From a virus: 41,784 nt of DNA. Within the stretch, counting starts at the first letter, position 1, and each line of letters begins with the position of its first letter. The stretch covers positions 1 to 41,784 of the IMG/VR virus record IMGVR_UViG_3300032431_000020; one strand, written 5' to 3'. The translations under genes and the position numbers were made by a program. Of the stretch, positions 32,769 through 39,353 are shown one piece after another. The notes below the pieces were generated by a model, which ran no database searches, was not told the DNA's origin, and saw nothing but the letters and a program-made list of their open reading frames with translations.

Positions 32769-33757
32769 GCGGCTTCCCCAAACAGCGCGCGCTGCGCCGC
32801 CTCGTGCCGCGCGCGCTCCATGTCCTGCTCGCGCGTCAGTACGGCCGCTGCAATCCGCGCCTCGGCGATGGCGGCGTATTCGGGGTTAAGCTCGCAGCCC
32901 ACCCAGCGACGATCCAGCCGCTCACAGACGACAGCGGTTGTGCCGGCGCCCATGAACGGGTCGAGCACCAGGTCGCCAGCGCGGCTCCCCGCCAGGATGC
33001 ACGGCTCGATCAGCGCCTCGGGGAAGGTGGCGAAGTGGGCCTCCTTGAAGGGCATCGTGGCCACGGTCCAAACGCTGCGCTTGTTGCGGGTTTCGCCATT
33101 AGATACCGCCTTCATGGTCCCGTTGGTTTTGCCAGGCACTCGGTCGCTGCCCTGCTGGTTGTCCAGGTTCGCTTGCGACAGGCGGGCAATGCTAGATGCT
33201 GCCAGCGGCTCGGCAATGGCATCGGCATCGAAGTAATAGCGCGGCGACTTCGACAGCAGGAAGATGTATTCGTGCGACTTCGTGCAGCGGTCGCGCACCG
33301 ACTCGGGCATCGGGTTGGGCTTGTGCCAGATGATGTCCTGGCGGAGATACCAGCCGTCAGCCTGCAGGGCGAAGGCTACGCGCCACGGGATGCCGATTAG
33401 GTCTTTTGACTTTAGTCCAGCGGGCGGCTTTTGTTGCCGACTCACGCTAGCCCTCTGCGATGATTGCCCGCCCTGTAATCCTGATGTTTCTTCAGTCGGA
33501 TTTCCGCCGCGCCCTGAAGATGCGTAACTATCCCCCAGGTTCAGCCACAACGTACCGTCATCCCGCAGCACGCGCCGGACCTCGCGTAACCTCGCGACCA
33601 GCGCCACCACGAACTCATCGGGCGTCGGCTCCAAGCCAATCTGACCGGCCATGCCGTAGTCGCGCAGGCCGAAGTAAGGCGGGGAAGTGACGCACGTCTG
33701 GACCGATTCGGCGTCCAGGGTCCGCATGACCTCAAGGCAGTCGCCGACGTGGATCAT
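32765..33757 (-). CDS. DNA methyltransferase, beta-class N6A/N4C (SPPY ... FxGxG order)
   Basis: CVTSPPYFGLRDY (motif IV) N-terminal and DPFMGAGTTAVV (motif I) C-terminal. Start at residue 76 of the track ORF (ATGA overlap). Confidence 0.9.
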   Translation of the reverse strand: MIHVGDCLEVMRTLDAESVQTCVTSPPYFGLRDYGMAGQIGLEPTPDEFVVALVARLREVRRVLRDDGTLWLNLGDSYASSGRGGNPTEETSGLQGGQSSQRASVSRQQKPPAGLKSKDLIGIPWRVAFALQADGWYLRQDIIWHKPNPMPESVRDRCTKSHEYIFLLSKSPRYYFDADAIAEPLAASSIARLSQANLDNQQGSDRVPGKTNGTMKAVSNGETRNKRSVWTVATMPFKEAHFATFPEALIEPCILAGSRAGDLVLDPFMGAGTTAVVCERLDRRWVGCELNPEYAAIAEARIAAAVLTREQDMERARHEAAQRALFGEAA

Positions 33758-34611
33758 GCCGCCGCCTCCGTCATCGCCCGGTCGAACAGCTTCGCCATGA
33801 CGTTCTCGCGCAGCAGGTACTCGAAGTCGGGACTCCAGTTCTCGTGCCCGGGTCCACCCTTCGCTCGCCCGCTGTGCCAGTCGTCCTTCTCGACCTCCTC
33901 GAAGTAGGCCCGCCAGAACTCCGGGGTGATGCGCTCGTTGCCGTACAGCGTCCGGCACATGGCGCGCGCGGTCGGAAGGCACTTCTCCACGGCCTTGATC
34001 CGAGGTTTGTTCATCACCGCGCAGGCGGGTAGTTCACCGTGAGGTTTTGCAAGAACTGCGTTGTAGGCCGCTGCAGCTTCATCTGAAATCTGCCTGACTC
34101 GCGCAGCGAGATTTGTTTTCGGGTTCGGCGGTGCGGGGGTCAACGCCAGCGGCGTGGACGACTCTGAGCGTAGCGAAGACTCCTGTTCCCTTCCCTTCCC
34201 TGTTCCCTGTTCCCTGTTCCTTTCAGGTGATGCGTCCTCAGTGAGTTGTGTGTGAGTCTGCGGTGAGGAATCAGGGATAACCCCAAGAGCCTTGATTTTG
34301 CTGGGGGTTGGACGGTTCACCCGCTGGTGAAGGTCGAAGTTGTTGACCAATCCGAAGCGCTTGCCATCGGGGCTCGTGAGCGCCGTGATAAACCCGATTT
34401 CGCACAGCGATTTGAGGCTGTCTTGAATACTCACTGAGGGCTCACGGAGTGGTGAGCACGCGGCTTTGACCAGACCAGGGTTCGCGTTGAAGTACCCTTC
34501 GTCGTCGGCGTGGTTCAGCAGCGCGGCGGCGAGCATGTGAGTCGCCTCGGGCAGCGCGCTCAGATCCTCGTGAGTCCAGAACTCCGGCTTGATCGTGCGG
34601 ATTCTGGCCAT
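33754..34611 (-). CDS. Putative replication initiator / helicase-loading protein
   Basis: MARIRTIKPEFWTHEDL... N-terminal domain, low-complexity linker, C-terminal domain. Position immediately upstream of the MTase and dnaB. Confidence 0.55.
   Translation of the reverse strand: MARIRTIKPEFWTHEDLSALPEATHMLAAALLNHADDEGYFNANPGLVKAACSPLREPSVSIQDSLKSLCEIGFITALTSPDGKRFGLVNNFDLHQRVNRPTPSKIKALGVIPDSSPQTHTQLTEDASPERNREQGTGKGREQESSLRSESSTPLALTPAPPNPKTNLAARVRQISDEAAAAYNAVLAKPHGELPACAVMNKPRIKAVEKCLPTARAMCRTLYGNERITPEFWRAYFEEVEKDDWHSGRAKGGPGHENWSPDFEYLLRENVMAKLFDRAMTEAAA
34180..34221 (-). repeat. GGGAACA/GGGAA short tandem repeat tract inside the initiator-like gene (candidate origin iterons)
   Basis: Minus strand GGAACAGGGAACAGGGAACAGGGAAGGGAAGGGAACAGGAG. 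Confidence 0.6.
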
Positions 34612-34778
34612 CAGGCAGCCAGCTCCATCTGCGGCGCCGGCGCGCGCTTGCGCTCATCCTCGGCCTTGACCGCGGCGACCTGGCAGCGGTACTGCCTGAG
34701 CTCCAGATCGGTCATGGGCTGCCGTAGCAGCTGCTTCAGGCCCTCGACCCGGGCGATGCGTTCGGGGCTGGGCTTCAT
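34611..34778 (-). CDS. Hypothetical small protein (55 aa)
   Basis: MKPSPERIARVEGLKQLLRQPMTDLELRQYRCQVAAVKAEDERKRAPAPQMELAA. ATGA overlap upstream, TGATG overlap downstream. Below the track cutoff. Confidence 0.4.
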   Translation of the reverse strand: MKPSPERIARVEGLKQLLRQPMTDLELRQYRCQVAAVKAEDERKRAPAPQMELAA

Positions 34779-35017
34779 GCCACTCCCCCGCCTGCCCTGC
34801 GATTCCCTGCGATTCCCTCGTACTCCCCGGCCAGTCCCTCGGCATGCAGGAGCTTCTGCAGGATGCTGTGCTCCCGCAACCTGGTTTCAGCCCACTCGTG
34901 CAGCACTTCCCTGACAATTTCGGACCGGTCCTTGCCGGTCACACGGTTCATCGCTTCGAGCACGCAATCGGCCTCAGCGGTGATCTTCCCTCGGAAGTCT
35001 TTCAGTGGCGCAGCCAT
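34775..35017 (-). CDS. RHH-type (CopG/Arc-like) small regulator, CII-position
   Basis: FRGKITAEADCVLEAMNRVTGKDRSEIVREVLHEW fits a beta-helix-helix pattern. First gene after cro. Confidence 0.55.
   Translation of the reverse strand: MAAPLKDFRGKITAEADCVLEAMNRVTGKDRSEIVREVLHEWAETRLREHSILQKLLHAEGLAGEYEGIAGNRRAGGGVA
34797..34816 (-). repeat. Perfect 10-bp tandem repeat GGAATCGCAG x2 (plus partial third)
   Basis: Read from codons G68-R74 of the RHH gene. Confidence 0.7.
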
Positions 35018-35044
35018 GGGTTCCCCTGCAACTTGGTTCGCGAA

Positions 35045-35072
35045 GGGGCTGGCGCGGGTAGCGGCCAGCCCC
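35045..35072 (-). terminator. tR1-position hairpin between cro-like and RHH genes
   Basis: Minus strand GGGGCTGGC-10 nt loop-GCCAGCCCC then TTCGCG (weak U-tract). Confidence 0.4.
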
Positions 35073-35077
35073 GGAAT

Positions 35078-35299
35078 TCAGGCGGCTTCAGAGGCCGGCG
35101 CGGGCTCGCCGAAGACGTCCGGACGCAGGTCGTGCCTGGTCACAGCGCCGCCGGTCGCCCGCTCCACCTCGGCGCAGCGATGCGCCGGGACCTGGCCCCG
35201 AGCGCGCCAGTTGCTGACGACGTTCTGGGCGGTCCCGATTGCGAGGGCCAACTTGCCGACACCGCCGGCTGCTTCGATTGCTTTCGTGAGTGCGTCCAT
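35078..35299 (-). CDS. Cro-like HTH repressor (YdaS/Cro family); the longest ORF extends to 35329
   Basis: GGVGKLALAIGTAQNVVSNWRARGQVP HTH. The start at 35299 is preferred because the early promoter and an operator occupy 35306-35334. Confidence 0.7.
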   Translation of the reverse strand: MDALTKAIEAAGGVGKLALAIGTAQNVVSNWRARGQVPAHRCAEVERATGGAVTRHDLRPDVFGEPAPASEAA

Positions 35300-35305
35300 G
35301 GCGGC

Positions 35306-35334
35306 ATCATCACGCATCGTGATTACCATGTCAA
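35306..35334 (-). promoter_or_regulatory. Early rightward-type promoter (PR-like) for the cro operon
   Basis: Minus strand TTGACA (35334-35329), 17-nt spacer, GATGAT (35311-35306). Same geometry as the promoter at 36936-36964. Confidence 0.6.
35309..35323. promoter_or_regulatory. Operator OR-a, ATCACGCATCGTGAT (perfect dyad)
   Basis: ATCAC-N5-GTGAT overlapping the PR spacer and -10. Confidence 0.6.
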
Positions 35335-35347
35335 CACGCAGCGTGTT
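35333..35347. promoter_or_regulatory. Operator OR-b, AACACGCAGCGTGTT (perfect dyad)
   Basis: AACAC-N5-GTGTT overlapping the PR -35. Confidence 0.6.
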
Positions 35348-35355
35348 AGACGGGC

Positions 35356-35370
35356 ATCACAGCTCGTGAA
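35356..35370. promoter_or_regulatory. Operator OR-c, ATCACAGCTCGTGAA
   Basis: ATCAC-N5-GTGAA, 11 nt upstream of the cI-like ATG. Confidence 0.5.
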
Positions 35371-35380
35371 GAATGGGCGC

Positions 35381-35803
35381 ATGGCCTTTTCCGACAACTT
35401 GCGGCGCACCCGGCTGGCAAAAGGCATGACCCAGGAGGCGCTGGCCATGGCCTGCGGCTGGTCTGGCCAGAGCCGGATCGCCAACTACGAGTCGGGCAGC
35501 GCAAGCGCCCGGGAGCCCAAGGTTTCCGAGGTCCCGCTGCTGGCCAAGGCCTTGGGCGTCTCAGTTGCCGAACTGTTTGATGAGGTGCCGTCGCAGTCCC
35601 AGCGACTGGACGCTGAGAAGCTGGCCGACCTGCTGGCAACGGTTGAGGCAGCCATCGCCCAGAGCGGTCGCCAGGTCCCAGTGCGGACCAAGGCGCGTCT
35701 GGTAGCGGCGCTATACGTTGACGAGCAGGCTTCAGTGGCGGGATCCGCTCAGGCGGTCCAGGCAGCCCTGGCCAGCATCTTGTCGTTAATGGAGGAAGCA
35801 TGA
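35381..35803 (+). CDS. CI-like repressor, XRE-family HTH, no S24 peptidase domain (140 aa)
   Basis: LRRTRLAKGMTQEALAMACGWSGQSRIANYESG HTH. Divergent from cro across the operators. Internal ATG (residue 180) of track ORF 34844-35803. Confidence 0.8.
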   Translation: MAFSDNLRRTRLAKGMTQEALAMACGWSGQSRIANYESGSASAREPKVSEVPLLAKALGVSVAELFDEVPSQSQRLDAEKLADLLATVEAAIAQSGRQVPVRTKARLVAALYVDEQASVAGSAQAVQAALASILSLMEEA

Positions 35804-36108
35804 ACCCACTACTGCGCGAAGAACTGGCGGCGATCCTTGCCGAGGCTCCCTTGCCCCAGATGCCTTTGGACCTGGTATTCGAGCCGATCGACGTGTCGCC
35901 CCGGGCCAAGAAGATGCGCGCTATCCTGCGCATTGCCGACATGCACGGCTGGCGCTCGGCGATCACGCACTTCCTCGAATCGCGCAATGCGTCCTACCTG
36001 TCCGACCTGACCGACCCGCAGCTGGACGACCTTGCAGATCGGATGGAGGGCTACGTGGACGCCGCGGAGACCGGATCAAGCCTGGCAGATTGCCTGCCGG
36101 CCAGCTGA
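35800..36108 (+). CDS. Hypothetical acidic cytoplasmic protein (102 aa), coupled to cI
   Basis: Track ORF with ATGA overlap onto the cI-like stop. Confidence 0.65.
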   Translation: MNPLLREELAAILAEAPLPQMPLDLVFEPIDVSPRAKKMRAILRIADMHGWRSAITHFLESRNASYLSDLTDPQLDDLADRMEGYVDAAETGSSLADCLPAS

Positions 36109-36136
36109 AGAACGGACACTGACTAAGGGGAAAGTG

Positions 36137-36547
36137 ATGAAATGGATTCTTGGGGCGAGTCTCTTGTTGGCCGGATGCAGCAGCACGCAGGTCTACAGCA
36201 ACTATCCAGCCGGAAACGCGCCGGCAGCCGCGAATGCGGGCCACGTGGCGGTGATCTACAGCTACCCCCAGCGGCCCTATGACGTGATCGGCGTGGTGTC
36301 AGCCAAGCGTTACAAGCCGGGCTGGAGTGATCCCACCGTCAGCGACGCCATCCCACAGCTACAGGCGGCCGGCGCTCAGCTAGGGGCCGATGCGGTGGTC
36401 GTTAGGTCATCCCGCAGCAACAACGATCGTCACACCGTCGTGGAAGCCGAAGCGATCAGGTATTTGGACAAGGAGACGCAACCGACGTCGGTTCCGGGGC
36501 ATGACGATCCCGCAGCTGAAATGAAGTGGAAGCCGCGCGGCACATAG
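36137..36547 (+). CDS. Lipoprotein (136 aa)
   Basis: MKWILGASLLLAGCSS lipobox. AAGGGG RBS. Internal ATG (residue 36) of track ORF 36032-36547. Confidence 0.75.
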   Translation: MKWILGASLLLAGCSSTQVYSNYPAGNAPAAANAGHVAVIYSYPQRPYDVIGVVSAKRYKPGWSDPTVSDAIPQLQAAGAQLGADAVVVRSSRSNNDRHTVVEAEAIRYLDKETQPTSVPGHDDPAAEMKWKPRGT

Positions 36548-36562
36548 CCCCACAAGCAGGAG

Positions 36563-36865
36563 ATGGTCATGGAAGGCGTAGCAGCACTGAGCCTAGTTCT
36601 CGGGTTTTTCCTCTTCATCCTGGCGATCCTCTGGATACTGGTGCCGTTCGCCATATTCGGGATCAAGCCGATCCTCAGCCAGATCCTTGGAGAGCAGCGC
36701 AAGACGAACCAACACCTGGCTGCGCTGGCGATCCAGGCGCAGCCGGTGACGCAGCCCGGCACTTCCCACCCTGCCCCATCCACGCGTCCGCCCGCCCCGC
36801 AAGCGGCCCCACCGCCTCCGCCAGCTGACGAGCGAACGCTGGCCGAGCGAATGCGGGACCAGTAG
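36563..36865 (+). CDS. Small membrane protein with Pro-rich C-terminal tail (100 aa)
   Basis: ~30-residue hydrophobic stretch ALSLVLGFFLFILAILWILVPFAIFGI. GGAG RBS. Confidence 0.7.
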   Translation: MVMEGVAALSLVLGFFLFILAILWILVPFAIFGIKPILSQILGEQRKTNQHLAALAIQAQPVTQPGTSHPAPSTRPPAPQAAPPPPPADERTLAERMRDQ

Positions 36866-36879
36866 CCAAGACCCCATCG

Positions 36880-36903
36880 AACCCCGCTCAGGCGGGGTTT
36901 TCT
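36880..36903 (+). terminator. Intrinsic terminator ending the cI operon
   Basis: AACCCCGC-TCAG-GCGGGGTT followed by TTCT (T-run continuous with the stem). Confidence 0.75.
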
Positions 36904-36922
36904 ATGCCTGTTCAGAAAAAAC

Positions 36923-36937
36923 ATCACGCTGTGTGTT
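36923..36937. promoter_or_regulatory. Operator OL-a, ATCACGCTGTGTGTT
   Basis: Same half-sites as the OR operators. Overlaps the -35 of the early-left promoter. Confidence 0.6.
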
Positions 36938-36964
36938 GACAGACGAATCACGCTGTGTGATTCT
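36936..36964 (+). promoter_or_regulatory. Early leftward-type promoter (PL-like)
   Basis: TTGACA, 17-nt spacer, GATTCT preceded by TGT (extended -10-like). Confidence 0.6.
36947..36961. promoter_or_regulatory. Operator OL-b, ATCACGCTGTGTGAT (dyad arms ATCAC/GTGAT)
   Basis: Overlaps the spacer and -10 of the early-left promoter. Confidence 0.6.
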
Positions 36965-37003
36965 CGATCCATCGCCCAACACCGGGCAGATGGGAGCAGC
37001 CAG

Positions 37004-37252
37004 ATGGCAAACACCGATCCGCAGGGCCAGCTTCAGGCCGCTGCCAAAGCCTGGGGGGATCTCCAGCACGCTGAGTCTCAGGTAGCCCGCCTGCGCGGCT
37101 ACAGCGCCCTGACGCCCGGCATGAAGGACGACCAGCGCAAGGCGCTGCGGACCGTCGAAGAGTCCCGGGCGGTACTGAACACCGTGCTGCGCATGCCGGC
37201 GCTGTCCGCCGCCCAGATGGCCGAGGGTGACGCGACCGAGGATCGGCGATGA
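37004..37252 (+). CDS. Hypothetical protein (82 aa), first gene of the early-left operon
   Basis: Track ORF. GGGAG RBS at 36992-36996. Confidence 0.65.
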   Translation: MANTDPQGQLQAAAKAWGDLQHAESQVARLRGYSALTPGMKDDQRKALRTVEESRAVLNTVLRMPALSAAQMAEGDATEDRR

Positions 37253-37377
37253 CCGCCCTGGCCTACAACCGCCGACACACGGATCCGCGGCCAGCACCGG
37301 CCACCGGCATGACCCAAGCCCAGGTCCGTGCGTTCTGCATGGCGCGGGCTGCTGAGTTGCGCCGGGGTGCGAAGTGA
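37249..37377 (+). CDS. Hypothetical small protein (42 aa)
   Basis: MTALAYNRRHTDPRPAPATGMTQAQVRAFCMARAAELRRGAK. ATGA and GTGA overlaps on its two sides. Confidence 0.3.
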   Translation: MTALAYNRRHTDPRPAPATGMTQAQVRAFCMARAAELRRGAK

Positions 37378-37631
37378 GCGGGCCGGCGGGCGCTCTGTCG
37401 GCACTCACTCACGAAGAAGTTGCCGCGCTTGAGCTGGTGCGTGCCGGGGCTGACGTGTGGGGCTACGGCGAGGCAATGGCGCTGCGTTCCGTGCAGAAGA
37501 AAGCCCCCGGACTTATCACCATCTGCAAAGCAATGGAACAGCCCGCAGGGCATCTGCGCCGGCCTTACTTCGGGGCTATCGCAACGTCCAAAGGCCGCGC
37601 TGCCCTGCTGCGTGCAGGCGGTGCGCTGTGA
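37374..37631 (+). CDS. Hypothetical protein (85 aa)
   Basis: Track ORF with coupled starts and stops. Confidence 0.55.
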   Translation: MSGPAGALSALTHEEVAALELVRAGADVWGYGEAMALRSVQKKAPGLITICKAMEQPAGHLRRPYFGAIATSKGRAALLRAGGAL

Positions 37632-37840
37632 CCGCCGTCGTCTTCAACTTCCGCCAGTTCGAAAGCGCCCGCAACCAGGCACGACGCCTGGACCTGGACA
37701 CGGACTCCTATCGCAGCGCAGTCCGGCAGATCGTCACTGAGCAGGCAGCAGGCGGCACCGGTGTGCACGTAGCCGGCGAGATGAGCGCGCGGCGCCGGGA
37801 TGCCGGCTCGACCGATCCCAATCGTCCGGAGGCAGCGTAA
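37628..37840 (+). CDS. Hypothetical protein (70 aa, GTG start)
   Basis: Residue 58 onward of track ORF 37457-37840. GTGA overlap with the upstream stop. Confidence 0.45.
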   Translation: MTAVVFNFRQFESARNQARRLDLDTDSYRSAVRQIVTEQAAGGTGVHVAGEMSARRRDAGSTDPNRPEAA

Positions 37841-38055
37841 TGAACCGCTTCGACATCGTGGAATACGCGCACCAGGTGGCCGGCTTCGGCAGCGTGCGCG
37901 CTGTGGAGCCGACACCGATCCCTGACCCGCCGATGCGTCCCGACAGCATGGACGTGCTGCTGCTGGGCAATGAGGCCATCGAGGAAGTGGCCCAGTCCGT
38001 AGAGGACGCCGAGGCTTCCGGGAAGCTCGAGCGCATGCGGTACGCACGGCCATGA
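37840..38055 (+). CDS. Hypothetical acidic protein (71 aa)
   Basis: Track ORF with TAATG overlap. Confidence 0.55.
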   Translation: MNRFDIVEYAHQVAGFGSVRAVEPTPIPDPPMRPDSMDVLLLGNEAIEEVAQSVEDAEASGKLERMRYARP

Positions 38056-38480
38056 GCGCGCGCAGGAGAGAAGGGATGATTTCAAATAAGTTCTTGGCCG
38101 CGTTGAAGTCCTACAAACAGGCCGACAACGAAGGCGTCATGGTGTTGGTATCGCGGGAGGCGCTAGACGAAGCACTCACCACCCTCACCGCAGCCACCAG
38201 TAGCGGGGCGAAGCCTATCGGGTGGGTGCATCCGGCGGCGCTGGAACGCAATGCGCTGGCTTTTGAGGTCGCAACATTCAAGGCCAACGACACCGTGCTG
38301 CCGGTGTACCTGGGCGCGCCTGCCACCAGTGGCGGGGTGGATGATGCGATAAGTGAAATCATCCGCGACGTGTGCGAGCACGACCCTGCTGACCCCGCCG
38401 ACCCGGATACCGTAAGCATTAGCGTTCAAGACTTGTTGCTAGTACTCGCCGCCGCTCTCAAGGATGGGGGTGCCGCATGA
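38052..38480 (+). CDS. Hypothetical protein (142 aa; alternative start at 38076 behind GGAGAGAAGGG)
   Basis: Track ORF. Confidence 0.65.
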   Translation: MSARRREGMISNKFLAALKSYKQADNEGVMVLVSREALDEALTTLTAATSSGAKPIGWVHPAALERNALAFEVATFKANDTVLPVYLGAPATSGGVDDAISEIIRDVCEHDPADPADPDTVSISVQDLLLVLAAALKDGGAA

Positions 38481-38680
38481 GCGCGCGCAACCGCCGCCAC
38501 GACGACTACCGTCCGGCCTCGCTGGCCAACTTCTGGCGCGGCTGCCAGAACGCCATCTGGAAGTTGGAGCACGGGTTCCACCGGATGTTCGACATTGCGG
38601 TGCTGGCTGTCTTCCTGGCCGTGCTCGCCGCCAGCGTGTGCCTGGCCGCGTTCGTCCTTCGCTTCGTGTTCTGGGGGTGA
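38477..38680 (+). CDS. Small membrane protein (67 aa)
   Basis: C-terminal TMD IAVLAVFLAVLAASVCLAAFVL. Confidence 0.55.
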   Translation: MSARNRRHDDYRPASLANFWRGCQNAIWKLEHGFHRMFDIAVLAVFLAVLAASVCLAAFVLRFVFWG

Positions 38681-38683
38681 TCC

Positions 38684-38830
38684 GTGATTGAGAAAACCGA
38701 ACCTGGACAGCCGCCATGCGTACCGCCCACGAACGATGAGCGCTATCGCCGCTGGCTGGAGCTTTTCACGCTGGTGATGCGCTGCCAGCACAACCGGAAC
38801 GACACCGATCCAATCCCTACCCACCACTGA
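38684..38830 (+). CDS. Hypothetical small protein (48 aa, GTG start)
   Basis: VIEKTEPGQPPCVPPTNDERYRRWLELFTLVMRCQHNRNDTDPIPTHH fills the gap before 38838. Confidence 0.3.
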   Translation: MIEKTEPGQPPCVPPTNDERYRRWLELFTLVMRCQHNRNDTDPIPTHH

Positions 38831-38837
38831 GGTTCCC

Positions 38838-39353
38838 ATGCACCAGCCCCAATTCGACAAGCACGAAGCCGTGATCAGCAACGTCAATTTAAGGCGCGAA
38901 AAGCACGGCAAGGAAGGCAAGACCGGCATCGACATCAGCATCCAGCTCAAGGCCAGCAACAGCGCCCTGGACATGCTGGAGAAGGGTCTGAAGGAATCCC
39001 TGTTCCGCAAGGCCGCCAAGGGCGAGCAACTGGACCTGGTCGACGGAGAGAACGCGCTGGTTGCGCTGAAGTTCCCGACGCTGCAGCCGCTGAAGTTCGA
39101 AGGCGAGTATTCCGGCTACGAAATGCTGATCGACGGCCTGCTGGACGGCACCGAGCAGATCGCGCTGATTGACGTGAAGCTCAAGGATTTCACCATCTCC
39201 CCGATCGAGGGCGGGAGCGTGGGCCTTGCGTTCAAGGCGCAGCTGCAGATCGAGCCTGACGAACTGCCGGACATCGTCGACGCATGGAATAACGAAGGCA
39301 TCCGGCTGAGCCTGATCCCGGGCGCGCAGCAGGAAGAGCGGAAAGCGGCATGA
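38838..39353 (+). CDS. Hypothetical protein (171 aa)
   Basis: Track ORF with GAGG RBS. Balanced, Lys/Glu-rich composition unlike its neighbours. Confidence 0.7.
   Translation: MHQPQFDKHEAVISNVNLRREKHGKEGKTGIDISIQLKASNSALDMLEKGLKESLFRKAAKGEQLDLVDGENALVALKFPTLQPLKFEGEYSGYEMLIDGLLDGTEQIALIDVKLKDFTISPIEGGSVGLAFKAQLQIEPDELPDIVDAWNNEGIRLSLIPGAQQEERKAA

Noticed and set aside
34180-34221. Short tandem repeats (here and at 34797-34816) as a CRISPR array
   Set aside because: The units are only 5-10 bp, directly abutting with no spacers, and lie inside coding sequence. No cas genes are present.
34654-34917. Track ORF 34654-34917 (-) as a gene
   Set aside because: It overlaps the RHH gene out of frame and is Gly/Arg/Pro/Cys-rich. 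The space is better explained by the RHH gene plus the coupled 55-aa ORF 34611-34778.
34775-35329. YdaS-like HTH plus RHH gene pair as a toxin-antitoxin module
   Set aside because: Both proteins are DNA-binding folds with no toxin-like partner. The pair sits at the cro/cII positions behind the operator-controlled early promoter.
35300-35380. A specific -35/-10 assignment for the repressor maintenance promoter
   Set aside because: The best candidates (TTACCA ... TAGACG-type) are too weak to call by eye. Only the operators and the cro promoter are reported.
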